Shown piece after piece: positions 14,499 through 22,509 of a DNA stretch of 29,836 nucleotides. A program made the position numbers and the translations under genes. The notes under the pieces were generated by a model. The model saw nothing but the letters and a program-made list of their open reading frames with translations, did not search any database and was not told the origin of the DNA. Positions within the stretch are counted from its first letter, which is position 1. The number at the start of each line of letters is the position of its first letter. The DNA lies in the IMG/VR virus record IMGVR_UViG_2029527005_000013; one strand, written 5' to 3'. The stretch comes from a virus.

Positions 14499-14788
14499 TG
14501 GAAAAGCTGAAACTGTGGTTCCTTCGTAAGTTCAGAGGGATCGATACATCACCGAGGGAGTTTGAGATTTGGATGCACCACCAGATCGGGAAGCAACTCC
14601 AAGGCGGGCAGGTATTCTACGCCATTGCTGTGCGGGGACGACCCGGCATTCCAACCATCGGGGAGGACTGGAAGTTGTACGCTGAGTTTGATGATGCAGA
14701 AAGTAAAAGAAAACGCTTGCAATCTGGCAACCCAAACATTACACTTGAACTTCGAATCGTGAGAAACTTTTATTCAGAGGTGAAATGA
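14498..14788 (+). CDS. hypothetical protein
   Basis: TGATG coupling, GGAG RBS. Confidence 0.75.
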   Translation: MEKLKLWFLRKFRGIDTSPREFEIWMHHQIGKQLQGGQVFYAIAVRGRPGIPTIGEDWKLYAEFDDAESKRKRLQSGNPNITLELRIVRNFYSEVK

Positions 14789-14789
14789 T

Positions 14790-15029
14790 ATGAAATTACC
14801 AGAACCGGAACGTATTGACCTGCGATTGGCTAATGTTCCCCGCCTGAATGACAAAGGGAAACGTGTAATAGGTTTCGTTATTGACGAAAAAGAACTTCCC
14901 AACGGACAGGGCTGGTTCTCTCCCCTGTTGGAACAATATGCAGTTCTTCTGCTCCAATCCCGTGGCTACACGGTTGAGAAGAAGGAGGTTAATGATCGTT
15001 TGACAATGGAGAACACTTGTGGAAAATAA
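14790..15029 (+). CDS. hypothetical protein
   Basis: GAGGTG RBS. Confidence 0.7.
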   Translation: MKLPEPERIDLRLANVPRLNDKGKRVIGFVIDEKELPNGQGWFSPLLEQYAVLLLQSRGYTVEKKEVNDRLTMENTCGK

Positions 15030-15297
15030 CCTGGCAGCAACCATCGACGCGATGTCCCTAGCCTACTGGGGCCGGGAGACGTGTCAGCACGACCACGATG
15101 CCGTTGCCCGCTTCGGTATGCCGAAGTACGGTTGTGGCACCAAACTTGCGCTCGGTAGTAATGCCGGGTCTGGGTACGCCGGACACCAATTCGAGGTGGA
15201 AGGTATGTTCTGGTCGGATTTACTGCACTCTTGGGTGTATTACGTCCCGACTTTTGACTTTTATCAATGTGAATCTGATCTTGAGGAGATTATTTAA
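15019..15297 (+). CDS. hypothetical protein
   Basis: GTG start with GGAG RBS. Confidence 0.7.
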   Translation: MENNLAATIDAMSLAYWGRETCQHDHDAVARFGMPKYGCGTKLALGSNAGSGYAGHQFEVEGMFWSDLLHSWVYYVPTFDFYQCESDLEEII

Positions 15298-15560
15298 TGG
15301 AAGCGATTATCAACTTTTTCACCGTGACCCCGGCTGACTCCGTTGTCTACGTACTGATCTTCGGCGTTGTGTTTATTGTTATAGGCTGGTTTAACGAAGT
15401 TTTCCAGGTCTTTAAGCGCATCCGTTACCTGACCAGTGAATCAACCCGTGGCCTCGTTACCTGGCACACGTGGGTGTGGATGCCTGTTCGCCTGTTCGTG
15501 ATCGTTATCCTGCCGCAGGTTATTTACCAGTTCTTCACGGAAGTTGTAAAATTCGTTTGA
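15297..15560 (+). CDS. hypothetical membrane protein, two TM helices
   Basis: Hydrophobic segments; TAATG coupling. Confidence 0.75.
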   Translation: MEAIINFFTVTPADSVVYVLIFGVVFIVIGWFNEVFQVFKRIRYLTSESTRGLVTWHTWVWMPVRLFVIVILPQVIYQFFTEVVKFV

Positions 15561-15585
15561 CAGTAACGACAGGGGCCTGTAATAT
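15557..15585 (+). promoter_or_regulatory. promoter TTGACA-17-TAATAT
   Basis: Consensus -35; -10 enclosed by GGGGCC/GGCCCC. Confidence 0.7.
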
Positions 15586-15614
15586 GGCCCCATACCAACA
15601 CAAATGAGGAAGAC

Positions 15615-16562
15615 ATGATGACTACTAACTACAAATCTCAAGGCCGTACTTTCCGCGAAGTCGCTATCGACAGTTTAGAACTGCTGGACCGCCAGCGTGA
15701 GTCGGGCTTGATGTTTGATGAAGAGAAGCTGCTGGCTCTCCGCGATGAACTCCGTGATACGGCGTCAAAGATGGACATCACGGTTGTCACCACGCCGGAG
15801 CGTCAGGTCATCCTTGACAATGACCACGTTGTCAACCCGAGCCTGATTTGGTTCGATGAGATCAGCCAAGACGGTGATAAGATGTACGTAGAGTGGCTGA
15901 AGCGCCGGAAACTGGAGCAGGTTGAACTTCAGCAACTTCCGAAGGCTGTGGTTCACGATGAGGTCCAGTTTGAACGTAAGCATCCGTACATGTTCAAGAT
16001 CACTGACCTGGTTGAAGACCCGATCGAGTTAGCTCGACTCAAGATGCGTCTCGAAAGCGATAAGCAGTTCGAGAAGTATTATGGCTTCAAGATGGCACCG
16101 ATCTTTGTGGAGGCCATCCCGGATGCCAACATCATTGCCCGCTCTGCCGACGACACCATGAAAAAGCTGGTCAAGCTGGCAGCAGAGTACAAGGTTGAGA
16201 TTTACTTTGGCACTAAGACGGCGCTGAAGACAATCATGTACCAGTTCATGTACGGTGCCCGCCGGGCGGACATGGATTTATCAAAGGTCGAGGAGATCTC
16301 TGTGGAGAAGGCTCAAGAAATGGTTGACAAGCAGACGAAAGTTGCTATCCTTGGTGGTCACGGGCTTGGCTTCGGGAAGATGGCAAAACTGCTGGCGGAT
16401 CACTACAGTGAAGAGATTCGTATGGTCGAGTCCTGCGATACTTGGAACTTCAAGGATTTCGCTGCCATTGCCAAGCTGGACAAACCAGCACGTGACTGGG
16501 AGCAGGGTAAACTGCGCCGTGGCAAGGGCCACAACAAATTCAAACGTAAGGGGAAGAAATAA
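15615..16562 (+). CDS. hypothetical protein, 315 aa, very basic C-terminus
   Basis: Long ORF, GAGGA RBS, own promoter. Confidence 0.85.
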   Translation: MMTTNYKSQGRTFREVAIDSLELLDRQRESGLMFDEEKLLALRDELRDTASKMDITVVTTPERQVILDNDHVVNPSLIWFDEISQDGDKMYVEWLKRRKLEQVELQQLPKAVVHDEVQFERKHPYMFKITDLVEDPIELARLKMRLESDKQFEKYYGFKMAPIFVEAIPDANIIARSADDTMKKLVKLAAEYKVEIYFGTKTALKTIMYQFMYGARRADMDLSKVEEISVEKAQEMVDKQTKVAILGGHGLGFGKMAKLLADHYSEEIRMVESCDTWNFKDFAAIAKLDKPARDWEQGKLRRGKGHNKFKRKGKK

Positions 16563-16801
16563 TGGAAAAATATCTGAGCGTCCAAGAGAACACCGAGTTT
16601 TACGAGGGCCATGCTGAAGTCATGGAGTCCAACTGCAATCCCGGTATGGTCCTGATCCAATTGTGGATGAAAGATAAGACCAACGATGATCGCGACAGTG
16701 CAGGTATCCGTCTGACTCGTGAGCAGGCCCGCCAGGTAGGATCTCATCTCCTGAATCTGGCAGATGAACTCTTCTTTGAAGAACAACGCCGGGGGAAATG
16801 A
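16562..16801 (+). CDS. hypothetical protein
   Basis: TAATG coupling. Confidence 0.7.
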   Translation: MEKYLSVQENTEFYEGHAEVMESNCNPGMVLIQLWMKDKTNDDRDSAGIRLTREQARQVGSHLLNLADELFFEEQRRGK

Positions 16802-16998
16802 TGCAAGACTTCGTTGGTAAGTCGCTGTCAGTTGGTGATGATGTTGCATTCACAGAGTACAACCGCCATGCGTTAACTCGCGGGACGGTGGTTGGATTCT
16901 CAAAAGGTATGGGGATGGTGGAAATTGAGTACACCCTCCACGGGCAGACACGGAAGACGAAGAAGACTTCCGGCTATGTAATGAAGGTGGTGAAATGA
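16798..16998 (+). CDS. small SH3/KOW-like beta-barrel protein
   Basis: 'DFVGKSLSVGDDVAF...GTVVGFSK' pattern. Confidence 0.7.
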   Translation: MMQDFVGKSLSVGDDVAFTEYNRHALTRGTVVGFSKGMGMVEIEYTLHGQTRKTKKTSGYVMKVVK

Positions 16999-17201
16999 GT
17001 AAAGTGCAGATTTTATTCTCGAAAGACGACCCGTATGGGTACGAATCTGGTGTCGATAAGAATTTCGACATCCATGCGATAAAGAAAGGATCTTTCAACG
17101 TGGATATTGACAAATGCTATCCTCGCGGTAAAGCCTATTGGAAGTTGTACAACATCCAGGTTGAGAGCGAATGTGGTAAGTGGGGGCCTGACTATGACTA
17201 A
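16995..17201 (+). CDS. hypothetical protein
   Basis: ATGA overlap. Confidence 0.7.
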   Translation: MSKVQILFSKDDPYGYESGVDKNFDIHAIKKGSFNVDIDKCYPRGKAYWKLYNIQVESECGKWGPDYD

Positions 17202-17925
17202 AGAAAAAGAAAAGCCGTATCCAAAAGAGCGCCCAACTATTCGTGAGGATGAGTTTGGTTCCGGCAATGATCGTATCATCCAGGAACACCCGGCGTATGG
17301 TCGTATCACCCTGACTCACCCGTCAGGTGGCAACACCGAGATGTTTGGCTCAGACATCGTTCATAACGAGCGCATAGCGCTCCGTATTGACCTCGGGTAC
17401 GAAGAGACGGCCTATGGCATTCCTCACTACCGAAGCCAGCCACAGAGCCGTGGAGGCCGTGTGGTTGAACTGGAGATGACGGCGTTCCAATGGGCGGGTC
17501 TGGTTGCATCCCACAGTGGAAACGGTGTACCATGTACTTTGCGTTACATCACGCCACACGGTCAGGGTAACCTGCCGCTCATCGACGGGCAGAATACCAG
17601 CACTGACCAGGCCAATCGTGAGGTGGAGGCAAGTCTCCGCGCCATGATGACTAAGCACCGAGAGGGACTTCAAGCCCTTCAGGCACTGATTGCCAAAGGT
17701 AAGGCCAACAAAGGAGAGTTGCAGGCTGCGATGGAGAAGTTCCAGAACATCCATACCAAGCTGCCTGAAGTTACTGCCTTTGCATTGCAGACATTCACTG
17801 AACACTCAGAGACTGTCATGGCTAAGGCCAACGCAGAGATCGAGGCATCGCTGAACAGTCTGGTCGTCCGTACCGGAATGAAGGCTTTAGGAATGAAGCC
17901 TTTGGAACTGGAGGACAAGTCATGA
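17194..17925 (+). CDS. conserved-type phage hypothetical protein (HPAYG...MFGSD...GNGVPCTL) with helical C-half
   Basis: 243-aa ORF from MTKEKEK. Confidence 0.85.
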   Translation: MTKEKEKPYPKERPTIREDEFGSGNDRIIQEHPAYGRITLTHPSGGNTEMFGSDIVHNERIALRIDLGYEETAYGIPHYRSQPQSRGGRVVELEMTAFQWAGLVASHSGNGVPCTLRYITPHGQGNLPLIDGQNTSTDQANREVEASLRAMMTKHREGLQALQALIAKGKANKGELQAAMEKFQNIHTKLPEVTAFALQTFTEHSETVMAKANAEIEASLNSLVVRTGMKALGMKPLELEDKS

Positions 17926-18269
17926 TGGATTGTGCAACAATGGACGACATCATCACCCGCATCGACGCCAAGATCCACGGCGGTATGAACGATGACGAGG
18001 CGGAGATTGAGTTCGAACTCCGTGAAGTAATGGATCTTCGCGGGGCGTTTGAAGGTGTTCGTCATGAACTGTTTCATGTTCGTAAATGCGGCATCCCGGC
18101 CTTTGTGGCTAAAGATCTTGTCCGTGACAAGTTCAACGGGAAGTCGTTTTACGTTACGGACGCTGAAGTGACAGAGGGTGACAATGGATTTGAGTGGCAT
18201 TATCGCTCGGGGTTCTACTTCATCCCTCAGTCTGATTTGGAATTGGTCAAGCCTCGCGGCGTTAATTAA
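17922..18269 (+). CDS. hypothetical protein
   Basis: GGAGG RBS, ATGA overlap. Confidence 0.75.
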   Translation: MMDCATMDDIITRIDAKIHGGMNDDEAEIEFELREVMDLRGAFEGVRHELFHVRKCGIPAFVAKDLVRDKFNGKSFYVTDAEVTEGDNGFEWHYRSGFYFIPQSDLELVKPRGVN

Positions 18270-18279
18270 GGAGTTTTTG

Positions 18280-18603
18280 ATGGAACTTACCAACACTGTT
18301 GGCGGTAGTACCCTGATGTATGCGATTGATGACACCGCCGCCGGGCATAACGTCCCGTCGATGCCTATGGGGCAGACTGAAGATGGTCACACCATCATGG
18401 CTAAGGCCGTGTTTGCGGATGAAGAAAGTGCGACGTTGATGGCAAACCATATGGACAAACAGCCGGGCGCACATCCGGGCCGCTTCCAGGTGGTCCCGGT
18501 AGAGGTGTGGCGTCCAACGGACATTGAGATCCTTATCCGTGAGCGTATTCGTGAAGCTAAGAAGGGTGAAGGTCCAAAATTAATCCTGCCGGGCAGCATG
18601 TGA
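18280..18603 (+). CDS. hypothetical protein
   Basis: TAAGGAG RBS before MELTN. Confidence 0.75.
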   Translation: MELTNTVGGSTLMYAIDDTAAGHNVPSMPMGQTEDGHTIMAKAVFADEESATLMANHMDKQPGAHPGRFQVVPVEVWRPTDIEILIRERIREAKKGEGPKLILPGSM

Positions 18604-18797
18604 TGGAACACATGGTCGAGGTAACACCGGAAGACTTCGCCGCCATCGTTAAGCAATTTACTGGACGCAATGGCTGGAAACGTTCTAACGGAAGAGGGTC
18701 ATTTAACCCGGTGATTCACACCCACCGTGGTGATGACCGTCGTAAACTGAAATATGGTGACATTATCTTTGTCGAAAAGGTTGACTCGGTAGAGTAA
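18603..18797 (+). CDS. hypothetical protein
   Basis: TGATG coupling. Confidence 0.65.
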   Translation: MEHMVEVTPEDFAAIVKQFTGRNGWKRSNGRGSFNPVIHTHRGDDRRKLKYGDIIFVEKVDSVE

Positions 18798-18809
18798 GTC
18801 ATGTATTCT
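18781..18809 (+). promoter_or_regulatory. promoter TTGACT-17-TATTCT
   Basis: Hexamers read directly; followed by GCCCTC/GAGGGC hairpin covering the RBS. Confidence 0.6.
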
Positions 18810-18840
18810 GCCCTCATTGGAAACAGAGAGGGCTTTATAG

Positions 18841-19308
18841 ATGAAATTTACGATTGAAGATTTTGATGTGACAGTGCAATTTGGTCGTCCAGAGGTTCAG
18901 TACCTGAAAGGTGAGGATGGTCAATACCGTGTGGTGCATTTCTTTGCCCCGGAAGCACTGATCCATCCGGCGTTCAAGAAGGAGTTCGAGGAGTACGTGG
19001 TGAAGTGCATCAAGATGCACCGCAACAAAGTGGCTATGTCACAGCGGGCTATCGATGCAGGGCTTATCCGCTACGTTCCGCCCAGAGTCATCTGTTCCGG
19101 GTATTCTGCTTATGAGTTTAGAAAGCAGATCGAGAACCGGGTTGGTGACATCGAGGAGGCGAAGGAAGCCTGGGACTACAACCGAGCGCCAGCGGGAGCG
19201 GTGACAACAGGGAAGTTTGGTGACCTGAAGGCATTCTTGGAGATGCGTACAGGCCGTGAACTGAATTGCACTGGAGCAGGGGTGGGCAAGCATGTCAAAA
19301 CGTCCTGA
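18841..19308 (+). CDS. hypothetical protein
   Basis: 155-aa ORF after a promoter. Confidence 0.8.
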   Translation: MKFTIEDFDVTVQFGRPEVQYLKGEDGQYRVVHFFAPEALIHPAFKKEFEEYVVKCIKMHRNKVAMSQRAIDAGLIRYVPPRVICSGYSAYEFRKQIENRVGDIEEAKEAWDYNRAPAGAVTTGKFGDLKAFLEMRTGRELNCTGAGVGKHVKTS

Positions 19309-19690
19309 GCGTCGCCCAACAGATTACCGTTACCAAGACCAGATTAACAAAAGCTGGGACCCCAAACTGGAACGTGGTGACCTTTTCTGGGTTTTCAACG
19401 AGAAGACCGGGAAAATATGGGGGCCATATAACTTCAGTCACTACACGCACCTCGGCGCTGTAGGCTGGGTAAAGACGTATTGCACCCAAAGCATCAAGGT
19501 TCGCTACAGCAAGGGTGAAATCGTGTGCGGTACGGAACTGATTGCCCTTGAGCGACAATTCCTCCACAAGGCTTTTGAGTATGCGAAGACCCAAGGTCTC
19601 GCTGATACACTTCGGGCAGAAGTAGAGGCCCTTAATGAGAAACTGAAGGAGAGTAGAGGTGGAACAACTGACCAAACAGGAGAACTTTGA
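19292..19690 (+). CDS. hypothetical protein
   Basis: 132-aa ORF in operon. Confidence 0.75.
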   Translation: MSKRPERRPTDYRYQDQINKSWDPKLERGDLFWVFNEKTGKIWGPYNFSHYTHLGAVGWVKTYCTQSIKVRYSKGEIVCGTELIALERQFLHKAFEYAKTQGLADTLRAEVEALNEKLKESRGGTTDQTGEL

Positions 19691-19925
19691 CCTGGTGGCG
19701 GACCGCTGCGAGGCAGAACTCCACGGAGAGATCCGTATCCTTGCGGATCAGGATTACAAGGGCATCTGGCACATCGAAGTCCAAGAGATCGCGGACGAAG
19801 GTGATGAGTTCGAGGACGGCTGGGAAGAGATCGATAGTGATGGCTTCTTCACTGTTGAGCGCAAGAAGTTCGAAGACCTCGACGAAGCTGCCATTTGGCT
19901 ACACAACCGATACATTGGAGGCTAA
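19659..19925 (+). CDS. small highly acidic protein
   Basis: GTG start with AAGGAG RBS; many D/E residues. Confidence 0.75.
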   Translation: MEQLTKQENFDLVADRCEAELHGEIRILADQDYKGIWHIEVQEIADEGDEFEDGWEEIDSDGFFTVERKKFEDLDEAAIWLHNRYIGG

Positions 19926-19928
19926 CCC

Positions 19929-20144
19929 ATGTTTATTATGCTGAATCAACTCCGTTCCGGCGACCCGGTGTGCATTGATGTCAACAACATCAAGGACTTC
20001 ATGCCGGAGACCATCTTCATTGATGAGGTGGAAAGAACTGGTACACTTATTGAACTGTACCGTGGCGGCGATCCGTGGATCGTATCCCAGCGTTGCTACG
20101 AGGTTATTGAAGTAGCAAACAAAGCTAAAGCGGGTGCCCTTTAA
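19929..20144 (+). CDS. hypothetical protein
   Basis: GGAGG RBS. Confidence 0.75.
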   Translation: MFIMLNQLRSGDPVCIDVNNIKDFMPETIFIDEVERTGTLIELYRGGDPWIVSQRCYEVIEVANKAKAGAL

Positions 20145-20647
20145 TGATAAAGGAAAGCGATAAGTCTCTCGCTTTTCTTCGTGAGCGCTTGCATTATGAT
20201 CCCATCACTGGGATATTCGTCAGCACCAATTTGAAAAGCCGATTTTTCGGCAAGCAGGTCGGTAGTATCGGGAGCGGTGGTTATGTAAGGTTAACCTTCA
20301 CCATTGGCAATAAGACAGTGTACTGGCTGGCGCATCGCGTAGCTTGGGCATTTTATTATGGGAAGTGGCCTGACAAGTTCATAGACCACAAAGATAAAGA
20401 CAAGGTAAATAACGCCATCCTTAATCTTCGTGACGTGGATAAGTCAACCAACGTGTACAACTACAGCCGGGAGGGTAAGAACTCCAGCGGGTTCCGTGGT
20501 GTGTTCCCTGACTATCGTGGTGATAGTCCCAGATTCAACGCTGCTTATGGCAGAAAGCACCTCGGGACATTTTCTACCCCGGAGGAGGCCAGCAACTGCT
20601 ACCTTGCCTACGTTGCCTCTATCCATGACGTAATTGTGGAGGATTAA
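20144..20647 (+). CDS. free-standing HNH homing endonuclease (HNH_3 plus AP2-like C-terminus)
   Basis: LHYDPITG, AHRVAW, IDHKDKDKVNNAILNLR, NSSGFRGV, HLGTFSTPEEA. Confidence 0.9.
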   Translation: MIKESDKSLAFLRERLHYDPITGIFVSTNLKSRFFGKQVGSIGSGGYVRLTFTIGNKTVYWLAHRVAWAFYYGKWPDKFIDHKDKDKVNNAILNLRDVDKSTNVYNYSREGKNSSGFRGVFPDYRGDSPRFNAAYGRKHLGTFSTPEEASNCYLAYVASIHDVIVED

Positions 20648-21159
20648 TGATAAAATACAAAGTTGGTGACCTCATAGCGGCTGCGAGGTCGGGGGAGGTC
20701 AATGTCATCGCTCACGGGGCGAATTGTATGAACACCATGAAATCCGGTATCGCCCCTAAAATTGCGGAGGCATTCCCGGAGGCATGGAGGGCAGACCAGG
20801 CCACCCGGCGAGGAGACCGTCACAAACTCGGGACCTTCTCTGAGGCTTTTGCCGGGAATAACCTACTGATCTACAATCTCTACAGCCAGTACACTTTTAC
20901 CGGGCGCAGAGAGGGTAAGATGGACCTCGATTACGAGGCGCTCCGTTCGGCACTGGGTATGATGTCGGCGTCACTTCACGCCAAATGTCGTATCTTGGGA
21001 ATGACGGCAGAAGATTTGCAAATCGGCCTACCAAAAATAGGGGCTGGACTTGCCGGGGGTTCTTGGCCTATAATTTACCGAATGATCGAGGAACAACTGA
21101 AGGACTTCGACATCACGGTTTACGTATTAAAGGAGAGTGAAATTGTCCACTACGACTAA
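20647..21159 (+). CDS. macrodomain (Appr-1''-p processing; Poa1p/TARG1/DarG-like) protein
   Basis: GDL, IAHGANC..TMKSGIA, IYNLYSQ, LPKIGAGLAGGSW. Confidence 0.9.
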   Translation: MIKYKVGDLIAAARSGEVNVIAHGANCMNTMKSGIAPKIAEAFPEAWRADQATRRGDRHKLGTFSEAFAGNNLLIYNLYSQYTFTGRREGKMDLDYEALRSALGMMSASLHAKCRILGMTAEDLQIGLPKIGAGLAGGSWPIIYRMIEEQLKDFDITVYVLKESEIVHYD

Positions 21160-21541
21160 AGCTCATCGCTTTGCTCAGAAGTACGGGAAGAAGTACGGCG
21201 GTAATCTGTGTCTGGAAGGGTGTAAGTCCGGCGCACAGATTCTCAGCCATGATAAGTTGCCGGGGATCGAAGTCCCGGACAACATTGTGACGTTGACTGG
21301 CTACATTGAGTTCAACGATGCAAAAGCACGTAAGACCGGGAAAGACGGGGCGCAGATCCGCACAGGATATGTCACCAGCCTCGCTATCCAAGACCGTCAG
21401 TTGTACGCTGTCACTGTGGATTCGGTTTACCGCCTGATCGGCCCGTGGACGGCGGACGTTATTACCTCAAACCCGTTCCTGAACTCCCTGTGGGAGGAAC
21501 TCAAGGCACAGGTCCTCGCTCAAGCTATCAAAAAGGCTTGA
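21137..21541 (+). CDS. hypothetical protein
   Basis: 134-aa ORF overlapping the macrodomain gene end; exact start uncertain. Confidence 0.7.
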   Translation: MKLSTTTKAHRFAQKYGKKYGGNLCLEGCKSGAQILSHDKLPGIEVPDNIVTLTGYIEFNDAKARKTGKDGAQIRTGYVTSLAIQDRQLYAVTVDSVYRLIGPWTADVITSNPFLNSLWEELKAQVLAQAIKKA

Positions 21542-21565
21542 CTCTCAAAGGCTCAGTGTTAAACT
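21538..21565 (+). promoter_or_regulatory. extended -10 promoter TTGACT-16-(TGn)TAAACT overlapping a terminator-like hairpin
   Basis: AAAGGCTCAGT/ACTGGGCCTTT stem followed by a T-rich tract encloses the -10. Confidence 0.6.
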
Positions 21566-21590
21566 GGGCCTTTCTTATTTGGAGTTCTCT

Positions 21591-22118
21591 ATGAAAAAGA
21601 GCATAGCTGCCCTCATTGCAGCCAGCGTACTTTCTTTAGCCCCGACTGCGGTCTCAGCTAAAGACAATACACCGAAAAAGAAGCTCGCCCCGGCGGTTCA
21701 TGTGTGTAAAAAGACTGACTCTTCAGTCGATGCCTTAGCCTGCAACATTTATTGGGAGGCAAGAGGTGAAAATATTAGTGGACAGATGGCAATTGGATTT
21801 GTTACTCTGAACAGGCTGAAACATGAGGGATTCCCGGAGTCTGTCAGGAAGGTTGTGTACCAACCCTCCCAGTTCTCCTGGACCCTTATCAAAGGGGCCT
21901 ACACGGTTAGGGACAAGGACTCGTGGATTGTTGCAAAGGATATGGCTAAATTCCTTTACAAGATCCGTAACAATGAGGTACTCTATAATCGTTTGGACCC
22001 AACACACGGCAGCATTTACTTCCACACGAAGAAAATAAAGCCATACTGGACAAAATATTTTATAAGGACTGTGGCTATTGATGGTCATGTGTTCTACAAA
22101 CCGAAGGAGATGACATAA
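21591..22118 (+). CDS. SleB-like cell wall hydrolase (Hydrolase_2) with signal peptide
   Basis: LACNIYWEARGE, VTLNR, VVYQPSQFSW, IYFH, IDGHVFY; N-terminal signal peptide. Confidence 0.9.
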   Translation: MKKSIAALIAASVLSLAPTAVSAKDNTPKKKLAPAVHVCKKTDSSVDALACNIYWEARGENISGQMAIGFVTLNRLKHEGFPESVRKVVYQPSQFSWTLIKGAYTVRDKDSWIVAKDMAKFLYKIRNNEVLYNRLDPTHGSIYFHTKKIKPYWTKYFIRTVAIDGHVFYKPKEMT

Positions 22119-22315
22119 TGCGCTTTCTTATTGCACTGGTGGTGAATGCCCTGATTTGGCTCGGTCTCGGTAAAGGTGGTGTGGAGAAGTTCTTCCCGGA
22201 GATCATGGCATCACCTTATGCGAGCACTGTACCTATCCTCATGATGTTTGGCGGTGTACTTACCGCCTTGATCATCATCACCAACATAATTATCTTTTGG
22301 GCTGGTAAAAAGTAG
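22118..22315 (+). CDS. small membrane protein, two TM helices
   Basis: Hydrophobic; TAATG-coupled to the hydrolase. Confidence 0.7.
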   Translation: MRFLIALVVNALIWLGLGKGGVEKFFPEIMASPYASTVPILMMFGGVLTALIIITNIIIFWAGKK

Positions 22316-22323
22316 GGGGTTTT

Positions 22324-22509
22324 ATGGAAGAGAATACGGTATTTCTGGTATCATCCAACGCCGGGTATGGCGTGAGCATTCGTGCTAAGGTAGATGACCC
22401 GCAGGCAGCAACGCTGAAAGCGTCACGCCTGAAGAAAAAGGGCCACACCAATATTGAAATTAGTGAGGCCAAAATCATCAGTACCACCAAATTTGAGGCG
22501 GAAGAGTAA
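22324..22509 (+). CDS. hypothetical protein
   Basis: GGGGG RBS, coupled to the helicase. Confidence 0.7.
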   Translation: MEENTVFLVSSNAGYGVSIRAKVDDPQAATLKASRLKKKGHTNIEISEAKIISTTKFEAEE

